The notes beneath the pieces are model-generated. The model was given only the letters and a program-made list of their open reading frames with translations, was not told where the DNA came from and ran no database searches. DNA of 60,000 nt. Origin: Malacoraja senta. Lineage: Eukaryota. A program made the translations under genes and the position numbers. Positions 12,966 through 24,351 of the stretch are shown piece after piece. The number at the start of each line of letters is the position of its first letter. Within the stretch, counting starts at the first letter, position 1. The DNA lies in the NCBI GenBank assembly GCA_038087875.1, contig CM075990.1, positions 6,946,001-7,006,000 on the forward strand, read 5' to 3'.

Positions 12966-13768
12966 TAAAAAACTGGAGGCAGGAAATAACAGCACTTAAA
13001 TGACATTTGGCCAGGTGCATAGAAAAGGTTTCGAGGGATAGGGCCAAACATGGGCAAATGTGATTAGCTTAGATGGAGCTTATGGTCGGCATGAACAAGT
13101 TGGGCTGAAGGGACTTGTCCCATGCTGTACGACTATGACTCAAGGATATGCAAGTTGTAATTTGAAACAGTATTTGTCATGATGGAGTCATACAATCATG
13201 CACCATGGTAACCAGCCCTTCAGCCCATCAAATCCTCACCATGTATTTATGTACTGTCAATTTATATGTCTATCTGGACCCATTTATTCAACATATTCTC
13301 ATCAACTCCCCCAAATTCTACCACTCACTTACATGCACTAGGGGCAACTTACAATGATCAATTAACATGTCTTTGAGATGCGGGAGGAAATCACCGCACC
13401 CTTGGAAATCATACCGGGTCACAATGAGAACTCGCAAACTCCATACGGACAGCACCGGACGTCAGGATAGAACCTGGGTCCCTGGATTTGTGAGGAGCAG
13501 CTCCCGCAACTGAACCGCTGAGGGTAATTCAGTATCACCTCTCCAGTACAGGAAGCTTAATTTATTATTGTCACGTGTACCGAGGTACAGTGAAAACCTT
13601 GTTTGTTGTGTGCTATCCAGTCACGAAAAAGCTATACATGATAACAATCAAGTCGTCCACAGTGTACAGATACAGGATGGAGGGTATAACCTTTAGCGCA
13701 AGATTAAAGATAGTTTGAAGGTCTCCAATTAGGTAAATGGGAGGCAGGTACATTTCGAGGGAGATAAT

Positions 13769-14208
13769 AGACAATAGGTGCAGGAGTAGGCCATTTGGCC
13801 CTTCGAGCCAGCACCGCCATTCAATGTGATTAAGGTGAATTTCATTTCATCACCCAAGACTTGACTGATCTTGGACCTGTGAATCTCTCCATCGAAATCT
13901 TCTCCCAATCATCCCCAATCAGTACCCCGTTCCTGCCTTCTCCCCATATCCCCTGACTCCGCTATTTTTAAGAGCCCTATCTAGCTTTCTCTTGAAAGCA
14001 TCCAGAGAACCGGCCTCCACCGCCCTCTGAGGCAGAGAATTCCACAGACTCACCACTCTCTGTGAGAAAAAGTGTTTCCTCGTCTCCGTTCTAAATGGCT
14101 TACTCCTTATTCTTAAACTGTGGCCCCTGGTTCTGGACTCCCCCAACATCGGGAACATGTTTCCTGCCTCTAGTGTGTCCAAGCCCTTAACAATCTTATA
14201 TGTTTCAA
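13769..14208 (-). mobile_element. CR1 LINE 3' end
   Basis: LIETYKIVKGLD...FFSQRVVSLWNSLP and (ctattgt)n tail. Confidence 0.85.
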
Positions 14209-14363
14209 TCAAGACTTGGTAACTGGGCACAATCTCTGCACTGCTCGAGCAGTCTGCTGGGTCCCAGCCCCCCTGTTCAAATCCTCAGGTAGGTAGCAGG
14301 ACTCGTGAAGCCTGACACATTGAGTGACCGTTGATGGTCAGCACCATTGAAGGTCTGTGGCAT

Positions 14364-14910
14364 TAGTTTAGTTTAGTTTAGACATGCAGCGTGGAAACAG
14401 GCCCTTCAGCCCAGCGAGTCCGCACCAACCAGCGATCCCTGCACGTCCACACTATCCTGCGCACACTAGGAATGATTTACACTTACACCAAGCCAATTAA
14501 CCTACAAAGATGTACGTCTTTGGCGTGTGGGAGGAAACCAAAGATCTCGGAGAAAACCCACGCGGTCACGGGGAGAACGTATAAATTCCATACAGACAAG
14601 TACCCGTAGAAAGACACAAAAAGCTGTAGTAACTCAGCGGGACAGGCAGCATCTCTGGAGAGAAGGAAAGGGTGACTTTAAGGGTCGAGACCCTTCTTCA
14701 GACCCGAAACGTCACCCATTCCTTCTCTCCAGAGATGCTGCCTGTCCTGTCGAGTTACTCCAGCTTTTTTTAGTCTACCTTTGGTTTAAACCAGCATCTG
14801 CAGTTCCTTCCTGCACGGACAAGTACCCATAGTCGGGATTGGACCCGGGACTCAGGCGCTGAGAGCGCTGTAAGGCAGCAGCTCTACCGCTGCGCCGCCG
14901 TGCTGCCCTG
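14364..14910 (-). mobile_element. HE1-like V-SINE interrupted by a fold-back Penelope-type unit (about 14611-14810)
   Basis: SINE halves are separated by the insert and flanked by a duplicated acRgacaagtacccRtag. Confidence 0.8.
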
Positions 14911-14917
14911 GGACTAC

Positions 14918-15047
14918 CTTTGTGGGTGACGGTTCGGCGAGTCACGACGGGCATCTCAGGCAACGTTTTACGATGCAACCTCTCCCGTATCACCGCGCTC
15001 CGATCGTGCTGAATCACCACGCTGTCTCTCTGCTCTCCCTCGTCCCC
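14918..15047 (-). CDS. FRMPD2: FRMPD2-like post-KIND exon (GDEGEQRDSVVIQHDRSAVIRERLHRKTLPEMPVVTRRTVTHK)
   Basis: Acceptor ttatctttccag, phase 0. DRSxxIRxRL motif as in PTPN13/FRMPD2. Donor AAAG|gtagtc gives phase 1, matching the next exon, but is weak. Confidence 0.75.
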
Positions 15048-15679
15048 CTGGAAAGATAAGCAAAAGTTCATATGAAAGGCATATTTATGGTCAGGACATA
15101 GTGTGATAGATTCTTACAGCGTGGAAACAGGCCCTTCGGCCCAACTTACCCACACTGGTCAATATGTCCCATAGACACTTGTTCATCTGCTTGCTTTTGG
15201 TCCATTTCCCTCTAAACCTCTCCGATCCATGTACCTGTCTAAATGTTTCTGAAACTAAATGTTTCTTATACTCCAAAATGCTGGAGTAACTCAGCAGGTC
15301 AGGCAGTATCTCTGGAGAATATGGATAGGTGACCTTCAGGCCGGGACCTCTCTTCAGATTGTCTGAAGAATGGTCCCAATCCAAAACCGATCCATGTTGT
15401 CTAGTGATGCTGCCTGACCCACTGAGTTACTCCAGCACTTTGTGTCTTTTTATTTGTAAACCAACGTCTGCAGTTCCTTGTTTCTACTTCCTGGTCAGGA
15501 CAATTCCCAACCAGACAGCAACATTAATCAGAGAATCTTTTCAAAATTTGCCACGCTGTGAAGAAATAAAAAAACTGAGTGCAATCAGACTCAAGATGCA
15601 ACTTATGCTGACTGCAGTGTGATGCTATTCTGTACAGTTCAGAGGTCACAGGTCAATTGCAGGTTGTCCTCATCTATGT

Positions 15680-15945
15680 TTCAGGCAACTGTATTTATCA
15701 GGCCACTGAACCATCCTACCACAACTAGAGAGCAATCCTGAACTTCTATCTACCTCATTGGTGACTCTCGGGCTATCGTTGATTGGGCTTTGCTGGCTTT
15801 ACCTTGCACTAAACGTTATTCCCTTATCACGTATCTACACCCTGTAAATGGCTCGATTGTAATCATGTATAATCTTTCCTGGATAGCAAGCAACAAAAGC
15901 TTTTGACTGTACCTGTCACACTTGACAATAAACTAAACTGTAAAC
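15680..15945 (+). mobile_element. Rex1-type LINE 3' UTR
   Basis: Highly similar to 7630-7895. Confidence 0.75.
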
Positions 15946-16519
15946 TGTGATACAATCACCAGCTGCTTATCAAAGACAATCCCATACTAGAGATGTGGCA
16001 CAGCATTTCACTTGGATACAACTGAACAGCTCACAAATAGAGATGAACAAACCAGATGGAGCGTTGACCAACTCTGGTATGGGTTGAAGGATCATAAAAT
16101 CAAAGCATCAACGTTGTTTCTCCTACCACAGATACTGCTTGACCTGTTGAGCATTTCCTGCATTTTCTTTCTTTGTTATACATTCCCATCATGTGCCAGT
16201 TCATTGTCATAACCATCCATTTGCACAAAGATTATTACAATACAGAATGAGGCCATTCATCCCATTAGTTCCATACTGGCTCCCAGCAGAGCAATCCCAT
16301 CGATCCCACTCTGTTCCTCCCATTTCCCTGTGGCCCTGTAACTTATATTCTCTCACATATCAACTTCCTTCTTTGAATACATTATAAATGCTGCAATACA
16401 GTGTTGAGAATGAGGAAAATGTTCACAGCAATGTTTAACTGCGGGCATTCTGTACCTAAATAATGGACTAATCAAATCAGACTTTCAGCCTCTGTTTTAA
16501 TTATATATATAAACCATTA

Positions 16520-16761
16520 AGGGCCTGTCCCACTTGGGCGTCATTTGCGCGTCATTTACGCGTCACGACGCACGACACCCGTGTCATGACGTGCACGTGA
16601 TGCTCGCATGGCGTGCATTACGCGCGCATGGCGTGCATTACGTGCGCATGGTACGTGGTGACGTAAGCAGCGACGCGCGGCGCTCCAGGATTTTGGGATT
16701 CACAAAATCTTCGCGCACGGCCTGCGTGACGGGCATATGACGCCCAAGTGGGACAGGCCCT
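16520..16761. mobile_element. Harbinger-type MITE
   Basis: Perfect TIR agggcctgtcccacttgggcgtcat, TTA TSD. Confidence 0.88.
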
Positions 16762-16934
16762 TTAGTGATCACACTAATGATATAATCAAAAAGCATTGTC
16801 AAAGAGCACACACAATGCAGAAACAAGGAATGCTGATTAATGCACGAAAGGACACAAGATGCTGGAGTAACTCAGCAGGTCAGGTAGCATCTCTAGCAAA
16901 CATGGATAGGGGACGATTCGGATCAAGACCCTTA

Positions 16935-17433
16935 AGGCTCTGTCCCACGGGTTTGCGGTCGTTGGCGGTGAAGCGCGGCGTCGCCGGAAGAGGGGACCGC
17001 ACGGCAATCACGAGAGCGCCGCACGGATGCTGCGCGGGGGGGCCAAGTACAGCCGGTTCCACGAGCTTGCTGTTTCGGCTATCAGATCGCGGGGCTGTGG
17101 CTGCGGCCGTGCCGCACACGCGCCTCACTGGCGGCGGTCGTGCCTCACTGGTGGTGGCTGTGGCGGTGCAAGTTCGACGCACGGCGCTCGTGCCGCACTG
17201 GCGGCGGCTGTGGCGGTGGCCGTGCTGCACTCGTGCCTCACCGGCGGAGGATGTGCGGTAGGAACATATTTTTGAACAGTGTTGGTTTTATTTTAGCACC
17301 GTGCGGTGTTGGGAACAACGCCGCACGGCCCCGGAATTGTGCGTTTGACCGAGTGCGCGGTCTATGGCGGCCCAGGAGCGGTAGATTCTTCCTGTTTCGC
17401 CGCCAATGACCGCAGACTCGTGAGACAGGCCTT
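16935..17433. mobile_element. Harbinger-type MITE
   Basis: Imperfect TIRs aggctctgtcccacgggtttgcggtc / gaccgcagactcgtgagacaggcctt, TTA TSD. Confidence 0.8.
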
Positions 17434-18089
17434 TTAGTTTAGTTTAGAGATACAATGTGGCAGCAGGCCCTTTGGCCCACCGAGTCCACACCAACCAGTG
17501 ATCACCCCGTACACTAGCCCTATCCTACACAATATGGACAATTTACAATTTTTGCATTGTGGGAGGAAACCGGAGGAAAAACCATGTGGTCACAGGAAGA
17601 ATGTACAAACTCCACACAGACAACACCCGTAATCAGAATCTCTGCCGCCGTAAGGCAGGAACTCTGACGCTGCACCACTGTGCCTTCAGACTGAACATAG
17701 GTCGGTGACATTTCGGGTCGAGACCCTTCAGTTTAGTTTAGTTTAGTTTAGAGATACAGCCCACCGAGTCCGCGCCGAACAGCGATCCCCATACACTAAC
17801 ACTATCCTTCACACTAGGGACAATTTTACAATTTTTCCAAGTCAATGAACCTACAAACCTTCTTCAGACTGCAATGGGCATAGTAGCCTTGTTGGAATTG
17901 GACAGACTGCATTTAGCTGCAGAAGAATAAAGACAAAGCATTTACCGAAGAAAGGTCTCGACCCGAAACCTCACCCATTCCTTCTCTCTAGAGATGCTCC
18001 CTGTCCCGCTGAGTTACTCCAGCTTTTTGTGTCAATCTTCGGTTTAAACCAGCACCTGCAGTTCCTCCCTCCACAAAGCATATACTGAC

Positions 18090-18275
18090 CTCCGCTGTGC
18101 TTCCCAGCACCAGTTGAGCAAGTTCCTTCAGGTACGTGCTTGGCTGAAGCACTCCTGAGCTCTGCCAACGTGCCTCGCAGATTTGTAAAATGGTGTCCAA
18201 GGATACTCTCCGATGTGGCATGTCGTCGCACATACTCAGGAGGAGGTCGTTCAGCTGGTCACCGAGCTGGATGGG
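18090..18275 (-). CDS. FRMPD2: FRMPD2-like KIND C-terminal exon (PIQLGDQLNDLLLSMCDDMPHRRVSLDTILQICE...LAQLVLGSTAE)
   Basis: Acceptor tgccttttgacag, donor GAG|gtcagt, 186 nt, phase 0-0. Contains the PxQL..LLxMCxD and LVLG KIND motifs. Confidence 0.9.
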
Positions 18276-19381
18276 CTGTCAAAAGGCACACAGGAAAGAC
18301 TGTGAAAGAAACAAGAGAACTAAAACACAAGCCTTTAATTTCACAGTGAAGTAAGCCAGCAGAACCCTATGATCACAGTGGCACTCAATATCATCTTCAA
18401 AAGAGTGGTGACCATCCAGGTGATTAAGTGTATTTTTTTTTAACTCGACGAGAGAATAATTACACACTCCAACAAAACTTTGCTTTGAAATATTCCAACT
18501 ATTCCTTTCATGATGCAGTGAGGTGTTCTGCAAGAAAAAAATATCATTGTAAGGGTGTTAAGAAAGAACATTTGGCCCATGAAATGCGAGCTCATTGTCA
18601 CCACCATCCAATTAGATCTACTCTTTCTACAAAGATTATGACAATACAGAATGAGGCCATTCCACCCATCAGTTAAATGCTGGTTCCCAGCAGAGCTCAG
18701 ATCTCATCAATTCCATTCCATTCATAAATTCATGTTTATTAGTGATAGGAGCAGAATTAGGCCAATCGGCCCATCAGGTCTACTCCGCCATTCAATTATG
18801 GCTGATCTATCTTTCCCTCTTAACCCTATTCTCCTGCCTTCTCCCCATAACCTCTGATACCCGTACTAATCAAGAATCTACCTATCTCCGCCTTAAAAAT
18901 ATCCATTGACTTGGCCTCCACAGCCTCTTATTTCCCTGCAGCCTTGAAACTTATTTCTCTCTCACGTTTCCATCAGTTTTTTTCTACATATAATCGTTGC
19001 CACAATCTACACTAGGAATAACTCGCAAAATAAATCCATGCAGTCACAGGGAACACATGCAAACTCCGCATAGACAGCACTGGAGGTCAGGATCAGACCC
19101 GGACATGTGGAGCTGTGAGGAAGTTGCACAAACTGATGTGTCACCCTACTTCCTTTCCAAACCTGGGTCTAATTTGACTGTGGATTAGTTGAGGCAAGCA
19201 GAGACCTTTCTGTCCGTTAAACCTATTTTGCTGTTCAATCTGATCATATGATTCATGCCTATAATTTTCCCTCCCAATCCTTTAATGTTCAAAATTCGAG
19301 AACGGACACAACAACAACTCAACTCAAATTCAGGGGTAAGGAATTACAACCCTCTGAATGAAGGAAATCCCTTTCACTTCA

Positions 19382-19712
19382 TGGCCCTGTCCCATGATGC
19401 GAGTTCATTCAAGAGCTCTCCCGAGTTTTAAATAAAAATCAAACTCGTGGTAAGCACGGAGAATGAACGTAGCGGGTACATCGGAGCTCAGAGACGCCTC
19501 TTAGCGGCTCATAACGCTAACGGCAGGTAATCGGGAAGACTCGCTAACGGCAGGTAAGCTCGGGAAGACTCGTGAAGATTTTTCAACATGTTGAAAAATG
19601 TCCACGAGAGCCCCGAGTACCGACGAGTGGCCATTACCGTAAATCTCCGAGTTCGAATCAGGGCAAACACGGGAGAACTCTTTGAATGAACTCGTACAGT
19701 GGGACAGGGCTT
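19382..19712. mobile_element. Harbinger-type MITE
   Basis: TIRs ..gccctgtccca / gtgggacagggctt, TCA duplicated. Near-identical to 45441-45760. Confidence 0.85.
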
Positions 19713-20113
19713 TCAGCCTTAAATTGCCAAACCCTAACCTGAGTCAGGGACCCGTTAGTTAGATGCTCAAGAGTCCAAGGAACAGCACTGACCCCTAATC
19801 GTACTTGAGGAGGAAGAGAGTGACTGAGAAATAGATAATAAGGAGGATCGTGATGCACAGTATTTCCATGTGCTCTTGTGTTCCCTCAGTGACAGGGATT
19901 TTTCTGGTTGCATGTGACATCTGATGTTGCACATCCCCCTGTGAATGCTGCCTCAACCCGCAATGGATCAAACTGGGCAAAGGCCTGGACTTTGCTACAG
20001 GTCCCCAATTCACCATAAACACGGTGATAAAAGCCGAGCCTTATCCTGCCCTCACTCAGTGGTGAAGTAAACAGCCGGGTCCCATTTGGGCTTAACATCC
20101 AGGTTTGGGATCA

Positions 20114-20422
20114 GGGCGGCACGGTGGCGCAGCGGTAGAGTTGCTGCCTTACAGCGCATGCAGCGCCGGAGACCCGGGTTCGATCTGTCTGTACAGAGTT
20201 TGTGCGTTCTCCCCGTGACCTGCGTGTGTTTTCTCCGAGTCTTCGGTTTCTTTCCACACTCCAGAGACGTATAGGTATGAAGGTTAATTGGCTTGGTGTA
20301 TGTGTAAAATTGTCCCTAGTGTGTGTAGGATGGTGTTAGTGTGCAGACATCGCTGGTTGGCATGGACTCGGTGGGCCGAAGGACCTGTTTCCGTGCTGTA
20401 TCTCTAAACTAAACTAAACTAA
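20114..20422 (+). mobile_element. HE1-like V-SINE
   Basis: Head gggcggcacggtggcgcagcgg through (taaac)n tail. Confidence 0.88.
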
Positions 20423-20435
20423 ATACCCAGTGGAA

Positions 20436-20740
20436 TTTAGTTTAGTTTAGAGATACAGCGCGGAAACAGGTCCTTCAGTCCATCGAGTCCGCGCCGACCA
20501 GCGATGCCTGCACACAAACACCATCCTACACACACTAGGGACAATTTACAATTAAACCTAGCCAATTAACCTACAAACCTGCACGCTTTCGGAGCGTAGG
20601 AGGAAACCGAAGATCCTAGAGAAAAGCCTCGCGGTTATGGGGAGAAAGTACAAACTCCGTACAAACAGCACCCGTAGTCTGGATCGAGCCCGCATCTCTG
20701 GTGCTGTAAGGCAGCAACTCTACCGCTGTGCCACCGTGCT
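20436..20740 (-). mobile_element. HE1-like V-SINE, tail-to-tail with the previous copy
   Basis: Reverse-complement near-full-length copy. Confidence 0.88.
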
Positions 20741-20835
20741 ATGAAGACATCACATGGGATCTTCCTCTGAGCTGAATCGAGATGCTTGTGGCAACCAGCT
20801 CCAAAGGAAGTGGGCAGCAGCCGACCTAACTGTGC

Positions 20836-20996
20836 TGGCAGATTCCCAGACTAAGATGGCAGGTTCCCAGGCTAAGATGGCAGGTTCCCAGACTAAGATG
20901 GCAGGTTCCCAGACTAAGATGGCAGATTCCCAGACTAAGATGGCAGATTCCCAGACTAAGATGGCAGGTTCCCAGGCTAAGATGGCAGGTTCCCAG
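20836..20996. repeat. 21-bp minisatellite, about 7.7 copies (tggcaRRttcccagRctaaga)
   Basis: Direct reading; exact 21-nt period. Confidence 0.95.
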
Positions 20997-22072
20997 TCAA
21001 TCACGGACGATAATGAACCAGATTCACCAACACCAAGGGAGCCATCTTACCATCCTTACCCGAGGCAGGCCCATCAAAGCGGTAGATTCATAACTTCTTC
21101 CTGGTTTCAGTATAAATTTAGGACGCCTAATTAGCATCAGTGAGATCAGTAGCCTTCGTAGTCCATGAAGAAATAAAAAAAAGTTCAGAATTCCCATTTG
21201 TTGAATGGAGAATTATCACCAGGAAAATGGGAAATAAAATCTCAGTTATTTAGCCTCACATTTTACTTCAGTTCAATGTTTCGGATTATCACATTTTTGA
21301 TGGGGTTTTTTCTCATTAACTTTTCTTAATGGTTCCAATACCTATTTATTTATTTCATCCAGTGAAGCTTAAACTATTGCTTCTGAGCTTTGTGTCATTA
21401 TTTGATGTGCAGCTTTCAATCGCTCTATGTGAACATTGCATTGTGAGATTAGAGTATTTGTACTATATTTGTGCTATGTTATACACTACTGCACTGGAAC
21501 AGCGGGGGAATTCTATAAAGAGTCTACTTTAAACAATCAAATGCATCCTCCCGTGAAAGTTAGTACCCCCTGCTCAGATGCACAAAATCAAAAAATGTCC
21601 AAAAGCATTTGTGTCATTTTGTGGAATTCAATGCCACAGACAGCTGTGGAGGCCACGTCATCGGGTATTTTTAAAGCGGAGATTGATAGGTTCTTGACTC
21701 GCACGGGTGTCAAAGGTTATGGGGAGAAGGCAGGAGAATGGAGTTGAGAGGGAAAGATAGATCAGCCATGATTGAATGGCGGAGTAGACTCGATGGGCCG
21801 AACAGCATAATTCTGCTGCTGTGACTTATGAAAGCAACAAAGAATTGTCCACATATGAAGACAACTGCAGTACTTTGGAAGAGAGGTAGGAATGCAATTT
21901 ATTTCTGCCCAGGCAAATTAGACCAGAGAAATAACAGACTGCAGATCCTGGAATCTGGAGTAAAAAAACTGTTGGAAGATCTCAGCACGTCAAGCAGCAT
22001 CTGTGGAGACAAAAGGATGGTCGGCGAATTTTGATACCGCTAGACCTGCAGTAGTGCGGGACAGATGGTGGG

Positions 22073-22420
22073 TTGGAAAGGAGAGGAGAAGCTACTTGCC
22101 TGGTCAGCTTGGACCAGGAGAAGGCCTATGACAGAATATCACACAGGCACATGATGGACCTGCTCACCGAAATGGGCTTCGGTGAAGGAATCCAGAATTG
22201 GATAAACAGCTCTGCAAAGACAATGGTAGCACGGACAAATAAACAAGCACAAAATGAAGAGCTTGCCCAACAGACCTGGAGTCAGCAAGTCTACTCTCTA
22301 TCTCTGCTGTCTTGTTTGTGCCTTGTATTGATCCTATTGCCAAATCTATTAGGTTTCACAGACTCTCAGGTCAAAACAACCCTCCACGTGGACAACATTG
22401 CCATCTTCTGCTCAAACCCA
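22073..22420 (+). mobile_element. Old Tx1/L1-clade RT fragment
   Basis: LVSLDQEKAYDRISH...MGFGEGIQNWI, with a degenerate YxDD region (LHVDNIAIF). Confidence 0.7.
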
Positions 22421-22526
22421 CTATGGGCCCACAGGGTTGTGCTCCGTGGGCTGTTCCCCAGAACTGAGAGGTGTTTCACGTTCTGAGGGACTGGAGTGAC
22501 TTGTTCACATATCACTGGAAGCCAAA

Positions 22527-22838
22527 TTTAGTTCAGTTTGGACATACAGCGCGGAAACAGACCCTTTTGTCCCACAGAGACCGCACCGACCAGCAATCCC
22601 CACACATTGACACTATCCTACACACACTAGGGACAATTTTACATTGATAACAAGCCAATTAACCAACAAACCTGTACGTCTTTGGAGTGGTGGGAGGAAG
22701 CAGAAGATCTCGGAGAAAACCCGCGCAGGTCACGGGGACGAACGTACAAACTCCGAACAGACAGCACCCATGGTCAGGATCAAACCCGGGTCTCTGCCGC
22801 TGTAAGGCAGTAGCTCTAGTGCCCGTGCCACCGTGCCA
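22527..22838 (-). mobile_element. HE1-like V-SINE
   Basis: Family consensus in reverse. Confidence 0.85.
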
Positions 22839-23637
22839 CCCAATGTGCAGGTACAGAAGGCCAATGGCGAGGATTTGAGTATTAGAGACATCTTGCTTGA
22901 ATTTCATTGAGCGCTGGAGAGAGCATATTTGGAATATTCTGTACAACTCTGGTTTCTGAACCCAAGGAGGGTGGTATATGCAGCAAAAGATCACAGATAG
23001 ACAATGGTTGAGGAGTGGGTTATAGGGGGATGAACTGTTGGATCTATACTGATTATGGTTTCAGAGACTGAGAGGTAATCTGTTTGAAATTGGTAAGAGT
23101 TTGGCGGAGTGGATGGAGAGAAGAGATTTCCATTGGCAGAAATAGCTGGCGTGAATGGGTTTGTGTTACAGGGTTGTGTGTTATCTTCTCTAAACAAGGG
23201 ATTAACCATTCAGGACAAAGATGATAGGAAACATGGGCCGAATGGCCTTCCCCTGGTTCTATTCTTTGGTTGGCCCCATAGCAGAGGCGTCCACATTGCG
23301 GGGCTGGATACTGGAGGTATCCCGATCTAATTCTGCTACAACCATCATCTACTGCAACAAGTGATGGCTCCCACTGATTGTCGCCGGAAGCTTGCGTCCT
23401 TTTCCGGACGGACAATGCCAACGATGTCAACATTTGAAACATGGAAGATGGACATGAGAGAAGAAGATTCTTTGGGTTCTCCATTAGAATTATAGAAAGA
23501 GGGAGAAATGATCAGTTTCACTGTCGGATTTTATCTCTGCTCTTTATTTTTCTCAATAGGGGAAGAGTCTATATCAATGAATGGTTTCGCTTCATCGATA
23601 GAATTCATTCAAGGCTCAGAAATCTGTCACTTCTCAC

Positions 23638-23703
23638 CTGTGCTTCAGGAAGCTGGTAATCGGCTGCCCAGTACAAGGTCATCCCCAGCGAGTACACGTG
23701 CAT
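23638..23703 (-). CDS. FRMPD2: FRMPD2-like KIND exon (MHVYSLGMTLYWAADYQLPEAQ)
   Basis: Acceptor ttgtttgtttttccag, donor CAG|gtgaga, 66 nt, phase 0-0. MHVYSLGMTLYW is the conserved KIND core of FRMPD2/PTPN13. Confidence 0.92.
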
Positions 23704-23969
23704 CTGGAAAAACAAACAATGGAGAAACCAGTGAAACGAAGCACGGCCACGACCAAAGACTGGAAATGAAGGAAGAGAAGAGTCAAGGCAAGTCACATTT
23801 ATTTATATAGCACATTTAAAAAACAACTCTCGTTGGCCAAAGTGCTTTACATTTGTTATAAGAATAGTATAAACAAACAAACTACATACATATATACATA
23901 TAGCCCTCGCTCAGAGGACGTCAAGAAAGGCTTGGGAGTATAGATACGTTTTTAGTCTTGACTTAGGTA

Positions 23970-24270
23970 GGGCGGCACGGTGGTGCAGCAGTAGAGTTGC
24001 TGCCCTACAGCGCTTGCAGCGCCGGAGACCCGGGTTCGATCCTGACCTCAGGTGCTGTCTGTACGGAGTCTGTATGTTCTCCCTGTGACAGTGTGGGGTT
24101 TCTCCGGGTGCTCCAGTTTCCTCTCAGACTCCAAAGACGTACAGGTTAATTGGCTTCTGTAAACGGTGATTTGTTCTTGGAGTGTAGGATAGTGCTCGTG
24201 TACAGGGTGATCGCTGGTCAGCACGGACTCGGTGGGCCGAAGAGCTTCTTTCCGCGTTGTATCTCAAAAC
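23970..24270 (+). mobile_element. HE1-like V-SINE
   Basis: A/B boxes, V domain and tail. Confidence 0.85.
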
Positions 24271-24351
24271 TCTACATTTTAAAGTGTGAGGTCTTGAATG
24301 TTAGGAGGTGAAATGTACAAGGAAAGTGTACAGTAAATGACAGGTCTCTTA

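Noticed and set aside
16517..16764. Kolobok/piggyBac (TTAA) classification of the MITEs
   Set aside because: Right flanks read CCCT-TTA-G/C rather than TTAA, and host reconstruction at 37257 shows a 3-bp duplication.
21060..21126. Minus-strand RPKFIL peptide with a gtaagg donor, resembling FRMPD2 RPEFIL
   Set aside because: It is in the wrong position (inside the KIND exon series), has incompatible phase and has a poor acceptor.
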